Shown here piece by piece: positions 44,369 through 53,366 of a DNA stretch of 55,490 nucleotides. The notes beneath the pieces were generated by a model. It saw only the letters and a list, made by a program, of their open reading frames with translations. It did no database searches and had not been told where the DNA came from. The DNA comes from Acidimicrobiaceae bacterium (GTDB lineage Bacteria > Actinomycetota > Acidimicrobiia > Acidimicrobiales > Bog-793), in assembly GCA_027306715.1 (NCBI GenBank), contig DAHUZG010000142.1:1-55490 (forward strand), given 5' to 3'. The position numbers and the translations under genes are program-made. Every line of letters starts with the position of its first letter. Within the stretch, counting starts at the first letter, position 1.

Positions 44369-44911
44369 ATGGCCACGATCCACGTCTCGGCCGAGCGACA
44401 GGTCGGCGCGCCGGCCGAGCTCGTCTACGGCTACCTGGCGGACTTGCGCGAGCACCACCCGAGGTTCCTGCCTCCGGCGTTCTCCGGGTTCACCGTCGAG
44501 TCCGGCGGCGCCGGCGCCGGCAGCGTCGTCCGCTTCGACGTCACTGCCGGCGGCCGCACCCGCTCCTATCGGATGGCGGTCTCCGAGCCGGAGCCGGGCC
44601 GGGTCCTGAGAGAGACCGACACCGGCTCGAGCCTCGTCACGACCTTCACCGTGTCGCCCGAAGGCGACACCAGCCGGGTGCGGATCGAGACGACCTGGCA
44701 AGGTGCCGGGGGCGTCAGCGGCTTCTTCGAGCGGATGTTCGCCCCGCCGGCGATGCGCAAGCTCTACCTCGACGAGCTAGCCCGCCTCGACAGCTACGCC
44801 CGCAGCAACGCGGGCCGCCCCGGCGGAAGCAGCCCCGGCGGAAGCAGCCCCGGCGGAAGCAGCCCCGGCGGAAGCAGCCCCGGCGGAGACAGCCCCGGCG
44901 GAAGCAGCTGA
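44369..44911 (+). CDS. SRPBCC (polyketide cyclase/dehydrase-like) family protein with C-terminal (PGGSS)6 tail
   Basis: MATIHVSAERQVGAPAELVYGYLADLREHHPRF.. is typical of the SRPBCC fold. The last 30 residues are pentapeptide repeats. Confidence 0.75.
   Translation: MATIHVSAERQVGAPAELVYGYLADLREHHPRFLPPAFSGFTVESGGAGAGSVVRFDVTAGGRTRSYRMAVSEPEPGRVLRETDTGSSLVTTFTVSPEGDTSRVRIETTWQGAGGVSGFFERMFAPPAMRKLYLDELARLDSYARSNAGRPGGSSPGGSSPGGSSPGGSSPGGDSPGGSS
44818..44907. repeat. 15-bp tandem repeat x6 (ccccggcggaagcag; unit 5 has one change)
   Basis: Read directly; in frame at the 3' end of the SRPBCC gene. Confidence 0.9.
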
Positions 44912-44918
44912 GCCCGGC

Positions 44919-46619
44919 TCAGGCGCCCGGGGCCGCTTGCCAACTCGGGAGGAAAGCGCTCGCGCTGCCCGCAGGGCCGGAAGCGGCGTAGCACCCGGCG
45001 TCGACGGGCGCCGTCCCGGCGCGCTGCTCAGGCGGCGCCGCGCCGACGGCCTGCACCCGGCCGCCTCCGCCGGCCTTGGCGCGGTAGAGCGCTGCGTCGG
45101 CCCCGGCCCAGAGGTCGGGCACGCACGCCGGCGGTCCCGCCGAGACGCCGGCGCTGAGCGTCACCCGCAAGCCCGTGCTGAGCTCGTCGAAGCCTGACTC
45201 GGCGAGCGCGCCGACGAGGTCGGCGGCGCGGCGCCGGGTGTCGTCGAGACCGGCGCCGGCGAGGATCACGACGAATTCGTCTCCTCCGAGACGTGCCGCG
45301 AGGTCTCCCGCCCGCAAGCCGGCATGCAAGGTGCGTGCGATCTCGACCAGCACGGCATCGCCGGCGAGATGACCGTGAAGGTCGTTCACCGACTTGAAGT
45401 CATCGACGTCGAGCAGCACGAGCCCGATCGAGGTCACCTCGTCACGCTTGATCTCGGTGAGGTACTCGCCGAGCGCGCGCCGGTTGCCGATCCCGGTGAG
45501 GTCGTCGAGATGGGCATGGCGGTTCAGCCGCTCGATCTGCTCGGCGACCCGCTCGGACTGGATCAGCGACTGCATCGCGGCGAGCGAGGACAGCCGCCTC
45601 ACCCAGCGCTGCTCGACCTGGCGCCGCCCGTAGCGGAGCCCGGCCGACTCCCCGCCGCCGGCCTCGACCTCGGCGTCGACGAGCAGCGCGAGGTCGTAGA
45701 GGTGGTTCTGAAGGCTCGTGTCGAGAAGGGCAGCTGCCGACTGCGCCGATTGAGCGGCGCCGCCGTCGCCAGCGCCGGCGTGTCCGAGCGCGATGGCGAG
45801 CTGCAGCAAGGCGGCGGTCCGGCGGTTCGGCGGCCGCCCCGCTGCCTCGAGCAGCTCCCTGGCAGGTGCGACGGTGTCGTGCCCGGCGACGGCCTCGAGC
45901 ACGAGGCCGAGAGCCGTGAGCTCGGCACGCACGCCGGGTGACATCTCGAAGCCCGCCATCGCCTCGGCACGGGCGCTCCACGAGCGCCACCGCTCCCCGA
46001 CGCCGCATCGATCGCCGAGCTGGCGGAGCATCGCCGCCCAGCAGACCTGCGTCTCGACCATGTTGCAGGCAATCTGGGCGAGCACTGTGTCGAGGGTGCC
46101 GGGGGGCTCCTCGCGGCCGGCGGCGAGGGCGGCGCGGTACTGCTCGTCGCCGAGCTCGAACAAAGAGCGGGTCGAGAAGGCCACTCCGCACACCTTGTGC
46201 GCCGCCATCCTCTCGATCGGATGACCCTCGGCACGCTCGAGCAGCACGACGCCACGCGCCAGGTCGGCGTCCCTGCTCATCGCCGAATTCGGGTCGCTTC
46301 CCGAGAACGCCTCCGTCGAGCGCAGGCCGAGCCCGATCGCCAGCATCACCTGGTCGTCGGCAGCGACGCTCGAGTCGATCAGAGCGGCGACGTCTGCCGA
46401 CGCCTCGGCGTCGTCGCCGTCGACGCGGGCCACGATCGCCCTGCTGAACAGGCACGCACGGCGGATGTCGTCCCAGCCCGAGCGGTGGGCCTCACGGGCG
46501 ATGGCTTCGATCGCTGCCGGCGCGTGGGGCGTGCCACCGTCCTGGGCCTCGTAGGCGAGCTGGAAGGCTCGCCGACGGGCGTCGTCACGCGCTGTGCTCC
46601 GAAGCTCGATGATCGGCAA
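44919..46619 (-). CDS. diguanylate cyclase (GGDEF) with a ~390-aa uncharacterised N-terminal region
   Basis: C-terminal DDLTGIGNRRAL...RAGDLAARLGGDEFVV shows an intact GGDEF motif with RxxD five residues upstream. The start is uncertain: TTG at 46619 after GAAGGCAGG, or GTG at 46661. The ORF-track extension to 46994 overlaps gcvP. Confidence 0.75.
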   Translation of the reverse strand: MPIIELRSTARDDARRRAFQLAYEAQDGGTPHAPAAIEAIAREAHRSGWDDIRRACLFSRAIVARVDGDDAEASADVAALIDSSVAADDQVMLAIGLGLRSTEAFSGSDPNSAMSRDADLARGVVLLERAEGHPIERMAAHKVCGVAFSTRSLFELGDEQYRAALAAGREEPPGTLDTVLAQIACNMVETQVCWAAMLRQLGDRCGVGERWRSWSARAEAMAGFEMSPGVRAELTALGLVLEAVAGHDTVAPARELLEAAGRPPNRRTAALLQLAIALGHAGAGDGGAAQSAQSAAALLDTSLQNHLYDLALLVDAEVEAGGGESAGLRYGRRQVEQRWVRRLSSLAAMQSLIQSERVAEQIERLNRHAHLDDLTGIGNRRALGEYLTEIKRDEVTSIGLVLLDVDDFKSVNDLHGHLAGDAVLVEIARTLHAGLRAGDLAARLGGDEFVVILAGAGLDDTRRRAADLVGALAESGFDELSTGLRVTLSAGVSAGPPACVPDLWAGADAALYRAKAGGGGRVQAVGAAPPEQRAGTAPVDAGCYAASGPAGSASAFLPSWQAAPGA

Positions 46620-46686
46620 CTCGCGCCTGCCTTCGGGTGGTCTTGCAACGACTAACGGCACGCCGACGGCCCAAAACAGAGGGTGG

Positions 46687-49662
46687 TCAAGCCACCACTC
46701 CTGGCGAGATCTCAGCTGCTCTCGGCGAGCTCCTCGAGCGGGGGGCAGGCGCAGACAAGGTGGCGATCCCCGTAGGCGTTGTCGATCCGGGCGACCGGCG
46801 GCCAGTACTTGCGGGCATGGCGCTCGGCCCGCCGGCGGGAAAGGCGGCCTGGCGGGCCGAGTAGTGGCGGTCCCATGACGGGTCGGTGACGGCGACGGCG
46901 GTGTGCGGGGCGCCGCGCAGCACGCTCGCCGGCGCAGCCACGAGACCCTCCTCGACCTCGGCGATCTCGTCTCTGATGGCGAGCATGGCCTCACAGAAGC
47001 GGTCGAGCTCGGCGAGGGACTCGGACTCCGTCGGCTCGATCATCAGCGTGCCCGGGACCGGGAAGGACATCGTCGGAGCGTGGAAGCCGTAGTCGACGAG
47101 GCGCTTGGCGACGTCCTCGGCAGTTACCCCGCAGGCCTCGGCGATCGGCCGCAGGTCGAGGATGCACTCGTGGGCGACGAGGCCTCCGGCGCCGCGGTAG
47201 AGGACCGGATAGGCCTGCCCGAGCCGATGAGCCAGGTAGTTCGCGGCGAGCACGGCCGCCTTGGTCGCCTCGGCGAGGCCGGCCGCACCCATCAGGCGGA
47301 TGTAGGCCCAGGACACCGGCAGCACGCCGGGCGACCCGAAGGGGGCGGCGGCGACGGCGCCGGAGTCCGGCACGCCGCCCGCGCCCGAGCCGCCCTGTGC
47401 CTCGCCTGCGGCGGGACGCCGCAGCACGCCAGGCAGGAACGGGGCGAGGTGCGAGCGGACGCCGACCGGACCGACACCGGGGCCGCCACCACCGTGGGGA
47501 ATGCAGAAGGTCTTGTGCAGGTTGAAGTGCGAGACGTCGCCGCCCAGCTCGGCGAGGCGGACGATGCCGACGAGGGCGTTGAGGTTCGCTCCGTCGATGT
47601 AGACCTGACCCCCCGCCTCGTGCACGACGTCGCACACCTCGAGCACCGACTCCTCGTAGACGCCGTGGGTGGACGGGTAGGTGAGCATGATCGCCGCCAC
47701 CCGCCCGGCATGCGCCCCGATCTTGGCCCGCAGGTCGTCGAGGTCGACGTTGCCCTGCTCGTCGCAGGCAACGGCGACGACCCGAAGGCCCGCCATGACG
47801 GCGCTGGCGGCGTTCGTACCGTGCGCCGACGCCGGGATGAGGCAGATGTCGCGCGCCTGCTGGCCGCGGCTTTGGTGGAAGCGGCGGATCGCCAGCAGTC
47901 CGGCCAGCTCGCCCTGGGAGCCGGCGTTCGGCTGCAGCGACACGGCGTCGTAGCCCGAGAGCTCGGCGAGGAAGCTCTCGAGGTCGCCGATCAGGCGGAG
48001 GTAGCCGGCGTTCTGCTCGAGCGGGGCGTAGGGATGCGGCGAGGTCAGCTCCGGCCAGGAGATCGCCGCCAGCTCGACTGCCGAGTTGGCCTTCATCGTG
48101 CACGATCCGAGCGGGATCATCGTCCTGTCGAGGGCGAGATCCTGATCGGCGAGCGATCGCAGGTAGCGCACCATCTCGGTCTCCGAGCGGTAGCGGTGGA
48201 AGACCGGGTGGGTGAGGTAGGCGCTCGTCCGCAGCTGCGAAGGGGCGAGCGGGCTCTCGGCTGCCGCGTCGAGCTCGGCAAGCCCCGAGCCGGCCGGAAT
48301 GGCGGACCCGAAGGCCCTCAGCACGGCCTCGACGACCGCCGGGGTCGTCGTCTCGTCGAGGCTGATCCCGATCGTCGACGCATCGACACGGCGCAGGTTG
48401 ACCCCGGCGGCGTCGGCTGCGGCGAGGACCGAGCCGGTCGACGTGCCGGAGCCGGCGCGCACGGCGACGGTGTCGAAGAACCGGCTCGTCACCACTTCGT
48501 GCCCTGCCCTGCGCAGCCCTTCGGCGAGGACGACGGTGAGGCGGTGGACCCGCTCGGCGATGGCGCGCAAGCCTTCGGGCCCGTGCCACGCGGCGTAGAA
48601 GCCGGCGACGCAGGCGAGCAGCGCCTGCGCCGTGCAGATGTTGCTCGTGGCGCGCTCGCGACGGATGTGCTGCTCGCGGGTCTGTAGCGCGAGGCGCAAC
48701 GCCGGCCGCCCCTCGGCGTCGACCGACACGCCCACCAGCCTCCCCGGCAGCGAGCGCCCGAGCTCGGCGCGCACGGAGATGAAACCGGCATGGGGGCCGC
48801 CGAACCACATCGGCACGCCGAAGCGTTGGCTGCTGCCGACGGCGACGTCGGCGCCGAGCTCGCCCGGCGGCACGAGCACGGTGAGCGCGAGCAGGTCGGT
48901 GGCGACGACGACCATCGCCCCGGCACCGTGGGCGATCTCGGCGATCGCCGCCAGCGCTCCCGGCTCGCCGATCTCTCCGTCGGTCCCGGGATACTGAACG
49001 AGCACGGCGAAGGCGTCGTCGTCGGCGACGCCGGGAGGGTCGCCGACGACGACCTCGATGCCGAGCGGCTCGGCGCGGGTGCGGACGACCTCGATCGTCT
49101 GCGGGTGGCACCTCCGGTCGACGAGGAAGCGACCCCCTCTGCCGCCGCCGACCGCCCGCCGGCAGAGCGTCATCGCCTCGGCCGCCGCCGTCGCCTCGTC
49201 GAGGAGGGAGGCGTTCGCCACCTCGAGCGCCGTCAGGTCGCAGACCATCGTCTGGAAGTTGAGCAGGGCCTGCAGGCGCCCCTGGCTGATCTCCGGCTGG
49301 TACGGGGTGTAGGCGGTGTACCAGGCGGGGTTCTCGAGCACGTTGCGCTGGATCACCTGCGGGGTGACGGTGCCGTGGTAGCCGCGGCCGACGAGGGAGG
49401 TGGCGGGGCGGTTGGAGGCGGCGACGGCGCGCAGCTCGGCGAGCAGCTCGGCCTCGCCGACCGGCTCGGGAAGCTCGAAGCTCCGCTTGGAGACGAGCGG
49501 CGCCGGAATGGCCGTGGCGACGAGGGCGTCGAGGCTGTCGTAGCCGAGCGTCTCGAGCATCCGCCCGACCTCGACCGCCGACGGACCGATGTGGCGGGGC
49601 ACGAAGGGGTCGCCGGGGATCTCGCCAAGGCGGCGGCAGAGCGCCGGTGCTTCTCGGGTCAT
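46687..49662 (-). CDS. gcvP: glycine dehydrogenase (aminomethyl-transferring), single-chain P protein
   Basis: 991 aa, with FVPRHIGPS.., ..[13 protein letters not shown].. and ..[16 protein letters not shown].. (PLP-Lys region). Confidence 0.95.
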   Translation of the reverse strand: MTREAPALCRRLGEIPGDPFVPRHIGPSAVEVGRMLETLGYDSLDALVATAIPAPLVSKRSFELPEPVGEAELLAELRAVAASNRPATSLVGRGYHGTVTPQVIQRNVLENPAWYTAYTPYQPEISQGRLQALLNFQTMVCDLTALEVANASLLDEATAAAEAMTLCRRAVGGGRGGRFLVDRRCHPQTIEVVRTRAEPLGIEVVVGDPPGVADDDAFAVLVQYPGTDGEIGEPGALAAIAEIAHGAGAMVVVATDLLALTVLVPPGELGADVAVGSSQRFGVPMWFGGPHAGFISVRAELGRSLPGRLVGVSVDAEGRPALRLALQTREQHIRRERATSNICTAQALLACVAGFYAAWHGPEGLRAIAERVHRLTVVLAEGLRRAGHEVVTSRFFDTVAVRAGSGTSTGSVLAAADAAGVNLRRVDASTIGISLDETTTPAVVEAVLRAFGSAIPAGSGLAELDAAAESPLAPSQLRTSAYLTHPVFHRYRSETEMVRYLRSLADQDLALDRTMIPLGSCTMKANSAVELAAISWPELTSPHPYAPLEQNAGYLRLIGDLESFLAELSGYDAVSLQPNAGSQGELAGLLAIRRFHQSRGQQARDICLIPASAHGTNAASAVMAGLRVVAVACDEQGNVDLDDLRAKIGAHAGRVAAIMLTYPSTHGVYEESVLEVCDVVHEAGGQVYIDGANLNALVGIVRLAELGGDVSHFNLHKTFCIPHGGGGPGVGPVGVRSHLAPFLPGVLRRPAAGEAQGGSGAGGVPDSGAVAAAPFGSPGVLPVSWAYIRLMGAAGLAEATKAAVLAANYLAHRLGQAYPVLYRGAGGLVAHECILDLRPIAEACGVTAEDVAKRLVDYGFHAPTMSFPVPGTLMIEPTESESLAELDRFCEAMLAIRDEIAEVEEGLVAAPASVLRGAPHTAVAVTDPSWDRHYSARQAAFPAGGPSAMPASTGRRSPGSTTPTGIATLSAPAPRSRSSPRAAEISPGVVA

Positions 49663-49754
49663 CAGTTCTCCGCACGGTCGTCGACAGGCGCCCCGGGGCG
49701 TGCTGCCGGCAGCGGGCGAGCGGCCCGCCGGGTGGTCGGGCGCTTCGGGCGCCC

Positions 49755-49940
49755 TCCGTCCCCCTCTGTCCGTGCACCTGAGAGCTTCGCCGGCACGCTG
49801 CCGGCTTCCCCCTTCGGTGAGCCGGCGATTGTCGCCGCCGACCTCTCTTCAGAGACAGCCGTGCCGCTGCGGTCCGTTGGCCTGAGAGATTCCGGGGAGG
49901 TTGCTCCTTCGGCGTCCCGCTCGGGGACTCTCCCGCAGTG
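49755..49940 (-). promoter_or_regulatory. tandem glycine riboswitch (two aptamers)
   Basis: The minus strand reads CGGGAGAGTCCCC..GCCGAAGGAGCAACC..CTCTCAGGCCAACGGACCGC, then CTCTGAAGAGAGG..CACCGAAGGGGGAAGCC..GCTCTCAGGTGCACGGACAGAGG. Both match the GGAGAG / CCGAAGGRGCAA / CTCAGG..GGAC consensus. It ends about 95 nt upstream of gcvP. Confidence 0.85.
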
Positions 49941-49992
49941 GTCGGTGGCTGCAGACGCCATCCTACCGCCTGGCGGTGCGCGGCCCGTGAGG

Positions 49993-50913
49993 TCAGCTCC
50001 GGCCAGGAGATCGCCGCAAGGGCGGCCGGGCGCGGTACAAAGAGATGGCCGAGGCGAGGTCGCCGTCGCCGAGCCCGGCTCGTGACGCCTCGTCGAGCTG
50101 GCCGCGGGTGGCAGCGGTGACCGGGAGGCGGCAGCCGGTTCGTTCGGCCATCTCGACGGCGAGGCGGGCGTCCTTGCGGCCGAGGTCGACCGTCCACCAG
50201 TTCGGTCCCGACCCGGTGAGGATCGGCTCGAGGCGGTACTGCAGCGCCGGCGCCACGGTCGGGCTGGCGCCGAAGAGCTGCCGGAGCTGGTCGTCGCCGA
50301 GCCCGGCGCCCCGCCCCGCCGTCACCGCCTCGCAGAGGGCGAGGACGCTGTCCAACAGCAGCAGGTTCGAGGCGAGCTTGGCGGCGCTGGCGAGGCGCGC
50401 CTCGGGAAGCCGCAGCACGTTGCGGGCAGGGCCCGGCTCGTGGCCGCTGTCCCCGGCGCTGTCCCCGCTGAGCGAGCGCAGCACCGGCTCGAGACGGGCG
50501 AGGTCGGCATCGGGACCGCCGGCGAGGTAGGTGGCCGAGCCGTCTCGCACGACGTCGGGCCGGCCGAGCACCGGCATCGCCACGAAATGCCCGAAGCGAC
50601 CGGCGAGCTCCTCGCTCAGCTCGGGCGAGATCGTCGACGCCTCGACGTAGAGGCCGTCGTCGAGGTGTGCCCGGATCCCGTCCTCGCCGAGCGCGACCTG
50701 CCTCACGGCACCGTCGTCGGCGAGGCTCGTTATCACCACCTCGACCCCGCCCACCGCTTCGGCGATCGTCGCCGTCTCGCTGGCGCCGGCACGCAGCGGC
50801 TCGTCCGCTTTTCCCGGCGAGCGGTTCCACACCCTGACGTCGTGGCCGTCGCCGGCAAGCCGCGCCGCCAGCGCTGCGCCCATTCGACCCATTCCGAGAA
50901 CCGCCACCCGCAC
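49993..50913 (-). CDS. NAD(P)-dependent beta-hydroxyacid dehydrogenase-like oxidoreductase (HIBADH/6PGDH NAD-binding family)
   Basis: The GTG at 50913 gives VRVAVLGMGRMGAALAARL, a Rossmann fingerprint. The longer ORF to 51015 runs through a simple repeat. Confidence 0.8.
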   Translation of the reverse strand: MRVAVLGMGRMGAALAARLAGDGHDVRVWNRSPGKADEPLRAGASETATIAEAVGGVEVVITSLADDGAVRQVALGEDGIRAHLDDGLYVEASTISPELSEELAGRFGHFVAMPVLGRPDVVRDGSATYLAGGPDADLARLEPVLRSLSGDSAGDSGHEPGPARNVLRLPEARLASAAKLASNLLLLDSVLALCEAVTAGRGAGLGDDQLRQLFGASPTVAPALQYRLEPILTGSGPNWWTVDLGRKDARLAVEMAERTGCRLPVTAATRGQLDEASRAGLGDGDLASAISLYRARPPLRRSPGRS

Positions 50914-50960
50914 GACCCCGCCTACCCTAGACCGAGCGTCGGCGGAACGGCTCGGGCCCC

Positions 50961-51010
50961 GGCCGGCCGCCAGGCCGCCAGGCCGCCGGGCCGGGCCGGG
51001 CCGGGCCGGG
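50961..51010. repeat. simple repeats (ggccgccag x2-3, then gggccg x5)
   Basis: Read directly; intergenic between the MoaD-like stop and the oxidoreductase start. Confidence 0.8.
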
Positions 51011-51063
51011 CGCACCGAGCTCGCTCCGGTGCGGGGACGGCGGCAGCGATCGGCCGCGGCGGC

Positions 51064-51378
51064 CTACCCTCCGGCGATCGCCCCGATGACGACGAGCGGC
51101 TCGCGCCCTGCGGCAACCGCCGCCGGCAGCGGGGCGTCGAGCAGCTCGAGCGAGAGGTCTTCCTGGCAGGCGAAGAAGCGAATGAAAGGCCGCCGCGACC
51201 CGCTCTGCTGCTCGCGCAAGGTCCAGCGGAGGACCGGGTAGCAACGGTCGAGGGCGTCGAGCACGGCGGCCGTGGTCACCTCGCCGTCGCCGTCGACGTC
51301 GACATCGATGACGGCCTCGCCCGAGATCCCGGCGAGCGAGCGCAGCGTCGCCGGCAGCACGACCCGCACCGGCGTCAC
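51064..51378 (-). CDS. MoaD/ThiS family ubiquitin-like small protein (C-terminal GG)
   Basis: 104 aa ending ..VIGAIAGG-stop. The start overlaps the upstream propeller gene's stop by 4 nt. Confidence 0.75.
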   Translation of the reverse strand: MTPVRVVLPATLRSLAGISGEAVIDVDVDGDGEVTTAAVLDALDRCYPVLRWTLREQQSGSRRPFIRFFACQEDLSLELLDAPLPAAVAAGREPLVVIGAIAGG

Positions 51379-52490
51379 GGGAGCGTCTGCACCTCCACCG
51401 ACATCACCGCCGGCAGGTCGTGGCAGATCGCCCTCCAGCTGTCCCCGCTGTCAGGCGAGGCGTAGAGCTGGCCCCCCGTCGTGCCGAAGTAGACGCCGCA
51501 GGGCTCGAGGAGGTCCACAGCCATGGCGTCGCGTAGGACGTTCACGTAGCAGTGCCTCTGTGGCAGCCCCTCGGTGAGCGGCTGCCACTCGTTGCCGCCG
51601 CTCCTGCTGCGGTAGACGCGCAGCTGGCCGCCCGGCGGAAAGTGCTCGGAGTCGCTCGTTATCGGCACGACGTAGACGGTCTCGGGCTCGTGGGCATGGA
51701 CGTCGATGGCGAAGCCGAAGTCGGTCGGGAGGTCACCGCTCACCTCGGTCCAGCTGCCGCCGCCGTCGTCAGATCGCATGACGTCCCAGTGCTTCTGCAT
51801 GTAGAGAACCTCCGGGCGGTCGCGGTGCGCCGCCAGGCGGTGCACGCAGTGCCCGGCATCTGCGTCGGGAACCGGGAGGAACTCCGAGCGCAGGCCCCGG
51901 TTGGCGAGACTCCAGCTCTCGCCGCCGTCGCCGCTGCGCAGGACCCCGGCCGCCGAGATCGCCACGTGCATCCGGGCGGGATCGGTCGGGTCGATGAGGA
52001 TCGTGTGCAGGCACATCCCTCCGGCGCCGGGAGCCCAGCTCGGGGCGGTCTCGTGCCGGCGCAGGCCGGGCAGCTCCTGCCAGGAGGTGCCGCCGTCGCT
52101 CGAGCGGAAGAGCCCTGCATCCTCGACGCCCGCCCAGACCGTGTCCGGGTCGTCGAGGGACGGCTCGAGGTGCCAGGTTCTGAGGAAGCTCCACGGCTTC
52201 GACGTGCCGTCGTAGTGCTGGTGGGTACCCGTCTCGCCCTCGTACGCGAACTCATTGCTCACGGGCTGCCAGCTCTTTCCGCCGTCGTCGGAACGCTGGA
52301 CGAGCTGGCCGAACCAGCCCCGCGACGGCGCCGCCCACAGCCGGTCGGGGTCCGCGGGAGATCCGTTCAGGTGGTAGACCTCCCAGCCGGGGAAGAACGG
52401 CCCCTCGACGGAGAAGTCGTCTCGCGTGCCGTCGGCGGTGAGCACGAAGGCTCCCTTGCGAGTGCCGACGAGGACCCGGACACCGCTCAT
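51375..52490 (-). CDS. BNR/Asp-box repeat beta-propeller protein (sialidase-like fold, function unknown)
   Basis: Six SxDxGxxW-type Asp boxes: [48 protein letters not shown]. No signal peptide. Confidence 0.8.
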   Translation of the reverse strand: MSGVRVLVGTRKGAFVLTADGTRDDFSVEGPFFPGWEVYHLNGSPADPDRLWAAPSRGWFGQLVQRSDDGGKSWQPVSNEFAYEGETGTHQHYDGTSKPWSFLRTWHLEPSLDDPDTVWAGVEDAGLFRSSDGGTSWQELPGLRRHETAPSWAPGAGGMCLHTILIDPTDPARMHVAISAAGVLRSGDGGESWSLANRGLRSEFLPVPDADAGHCVHRLAAHRDRPEVLYMQKHWDVMRSDDGGGSWTEVSGDLPTDFGFAIDVHAHEPETVYVVPITSDSEHFPPGGQLRVYRSRSGGNEWQPLTEGLPQRHCYVNVLRDAMAVDLLEPCGVYFGTTGGQLYASPDSGDSWRAICHDLPAVMSVEVQTLP

Positions 52491-52573
52491 GCTCGCTCCT
52501 CCCTTGCCGCCGCGAGAGCGCCGGCGAGAGGCAGGCTATGCGCTCGGTCGCCGCCGCGCTCAGCCGCCCACGG

Positions 52574-52650
52574 CGCGCCGTCGCGCCCCGCGCCGTCGCG
52601 CCCCGCGCCGCTGGCCCAGTCGCCGCTGGCCCAGTCGTCGCTGCGCTCAG
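52574..52650. repeat. two adjacent 15-bp tandem duplications (gcgccgtcgcgcccc x2; gccgctggcccagtc x2)
   Basis: Read directly; intergenic between the DinB stop and the propeller gene start. Confidence 0.8.
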
Positions 52651-53159
52651 TCGCCGCTGCGCTCGAGAAGCCCCCGGAGGTATGCGGCCTGCCCGGCGTG
52701 CTGGAGGTCGTCGGCGACGACGCTGACGAGGCGCACTCCGAGGGTGACGGGCGGGTCGAAGCGCTCGTCGACGACGCGATCGAGATCGGCGCCGCCGAGC
52801 CTATGAAGGTAGGCCACCGTCGCCGCATGGACGGCGTCGTGGTACTCGAGCAGCAGCCCGCCGCCGACCGCGACGGCGCCGACCTCCTCGCTCGACTGTC
52901 CGTAGCCCGTCGCCTCCGGGCCGAAAGGAAGGCCGAAGCGCTGCTCGAAGCCCTCGGCCGTGTACACCTGCTCGCTGCCGGCGACTTCGGCGACATGGTC
53001 GTCCTGCACCCGGCTCAGGTGCCAGACCAGCCAGGCGATCGAATTGGCGCCGGGATCGGGTCGTGCCGCGAGCTTCTTCTCGGGGAAGTCCTCGACGGTG
53101 CGGTGCACGGATTGCCGCACGCGGTCGAAGGCGTCGGTGAGCACCTCGATGACGTCCAA
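52647..53159 (-). CDS. DinB-family protein (mycothiol-transferase-like, DUF664 type)
   Basis: TTG at 53159 lies 5 nt after GAAAGGGG. The N-terminal pattern (..ANSIAWLVWHLSRVQDDH..) and the C-terminal HAGQAAYLRG are typical of the four-helix DinB fold. The 469-aa ORF extension is antisense to 53367-54386. Confidence 0.75.
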   Translation of the reverse strand: MDVIEVLTDAFDRVRQSVHRTVEDFPEKKLAARPDPGANSIAWLVWHLSRVQDDHVAEVAGSEQVYTAEGFEQRFGLPFGPEATGYGQSSEEVGAVAVGGGLLLEYHDAVHAATVAYLHRLGGADLDRVVDERFDPPVTLGVRLVSVVADDLQHAGQAAYLRGLLERSGD

Positions 53160-53366
53160 TGCGCCCCTTTCGTCCCTGGCGCCGGCCGCTGGCAGCGGCT
53201 CAGCTTCCCGGCCACCGTAGCCGGCGAGTCGAAAAGGGGTTTCCCCGCCAGAGGCTCGACGACCCCGCTCAGATCCCTGAAGACCTGGCGCAGGCTCGCG
53301 GGTGGCGCCGCCGGCGCGCTCGGGCAGACCCGCGTCGACGCGGGGTAGTCGGTACCGTGAGGGGTT

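Noticed and set aside
43788-44907. Possibility that the tandem arrays (16 bp x4, 15 bp x4, 15 bp x6) are CRISPR arrays.
   Set aside because: The units are contiguous with no spacers, and they are far shorter than CRISPR repeats. No cas genes are present in the window.
43774-44991. 405-aa plus-strand ORF covering the repeat region and the SRPBCC gene in another frame.
   Set aside because: It is Arg-rich low-complexity sequence whose repeats merely reflect the DNA tandem arrays. The SRPBCC frame has a genuine fold signature.
46991-50830. 1279-aa minus-strand ORF spanning gcvP, the riboswitch and the oxidoreductase gene.
   Set aside because: It is extremely Arg/Pro/Gly-rich and out of frame with two well-supported genes, and it runs straight through a conserved riboswitch. 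This is a typical open-frame artefact of ~72% GC DNA.
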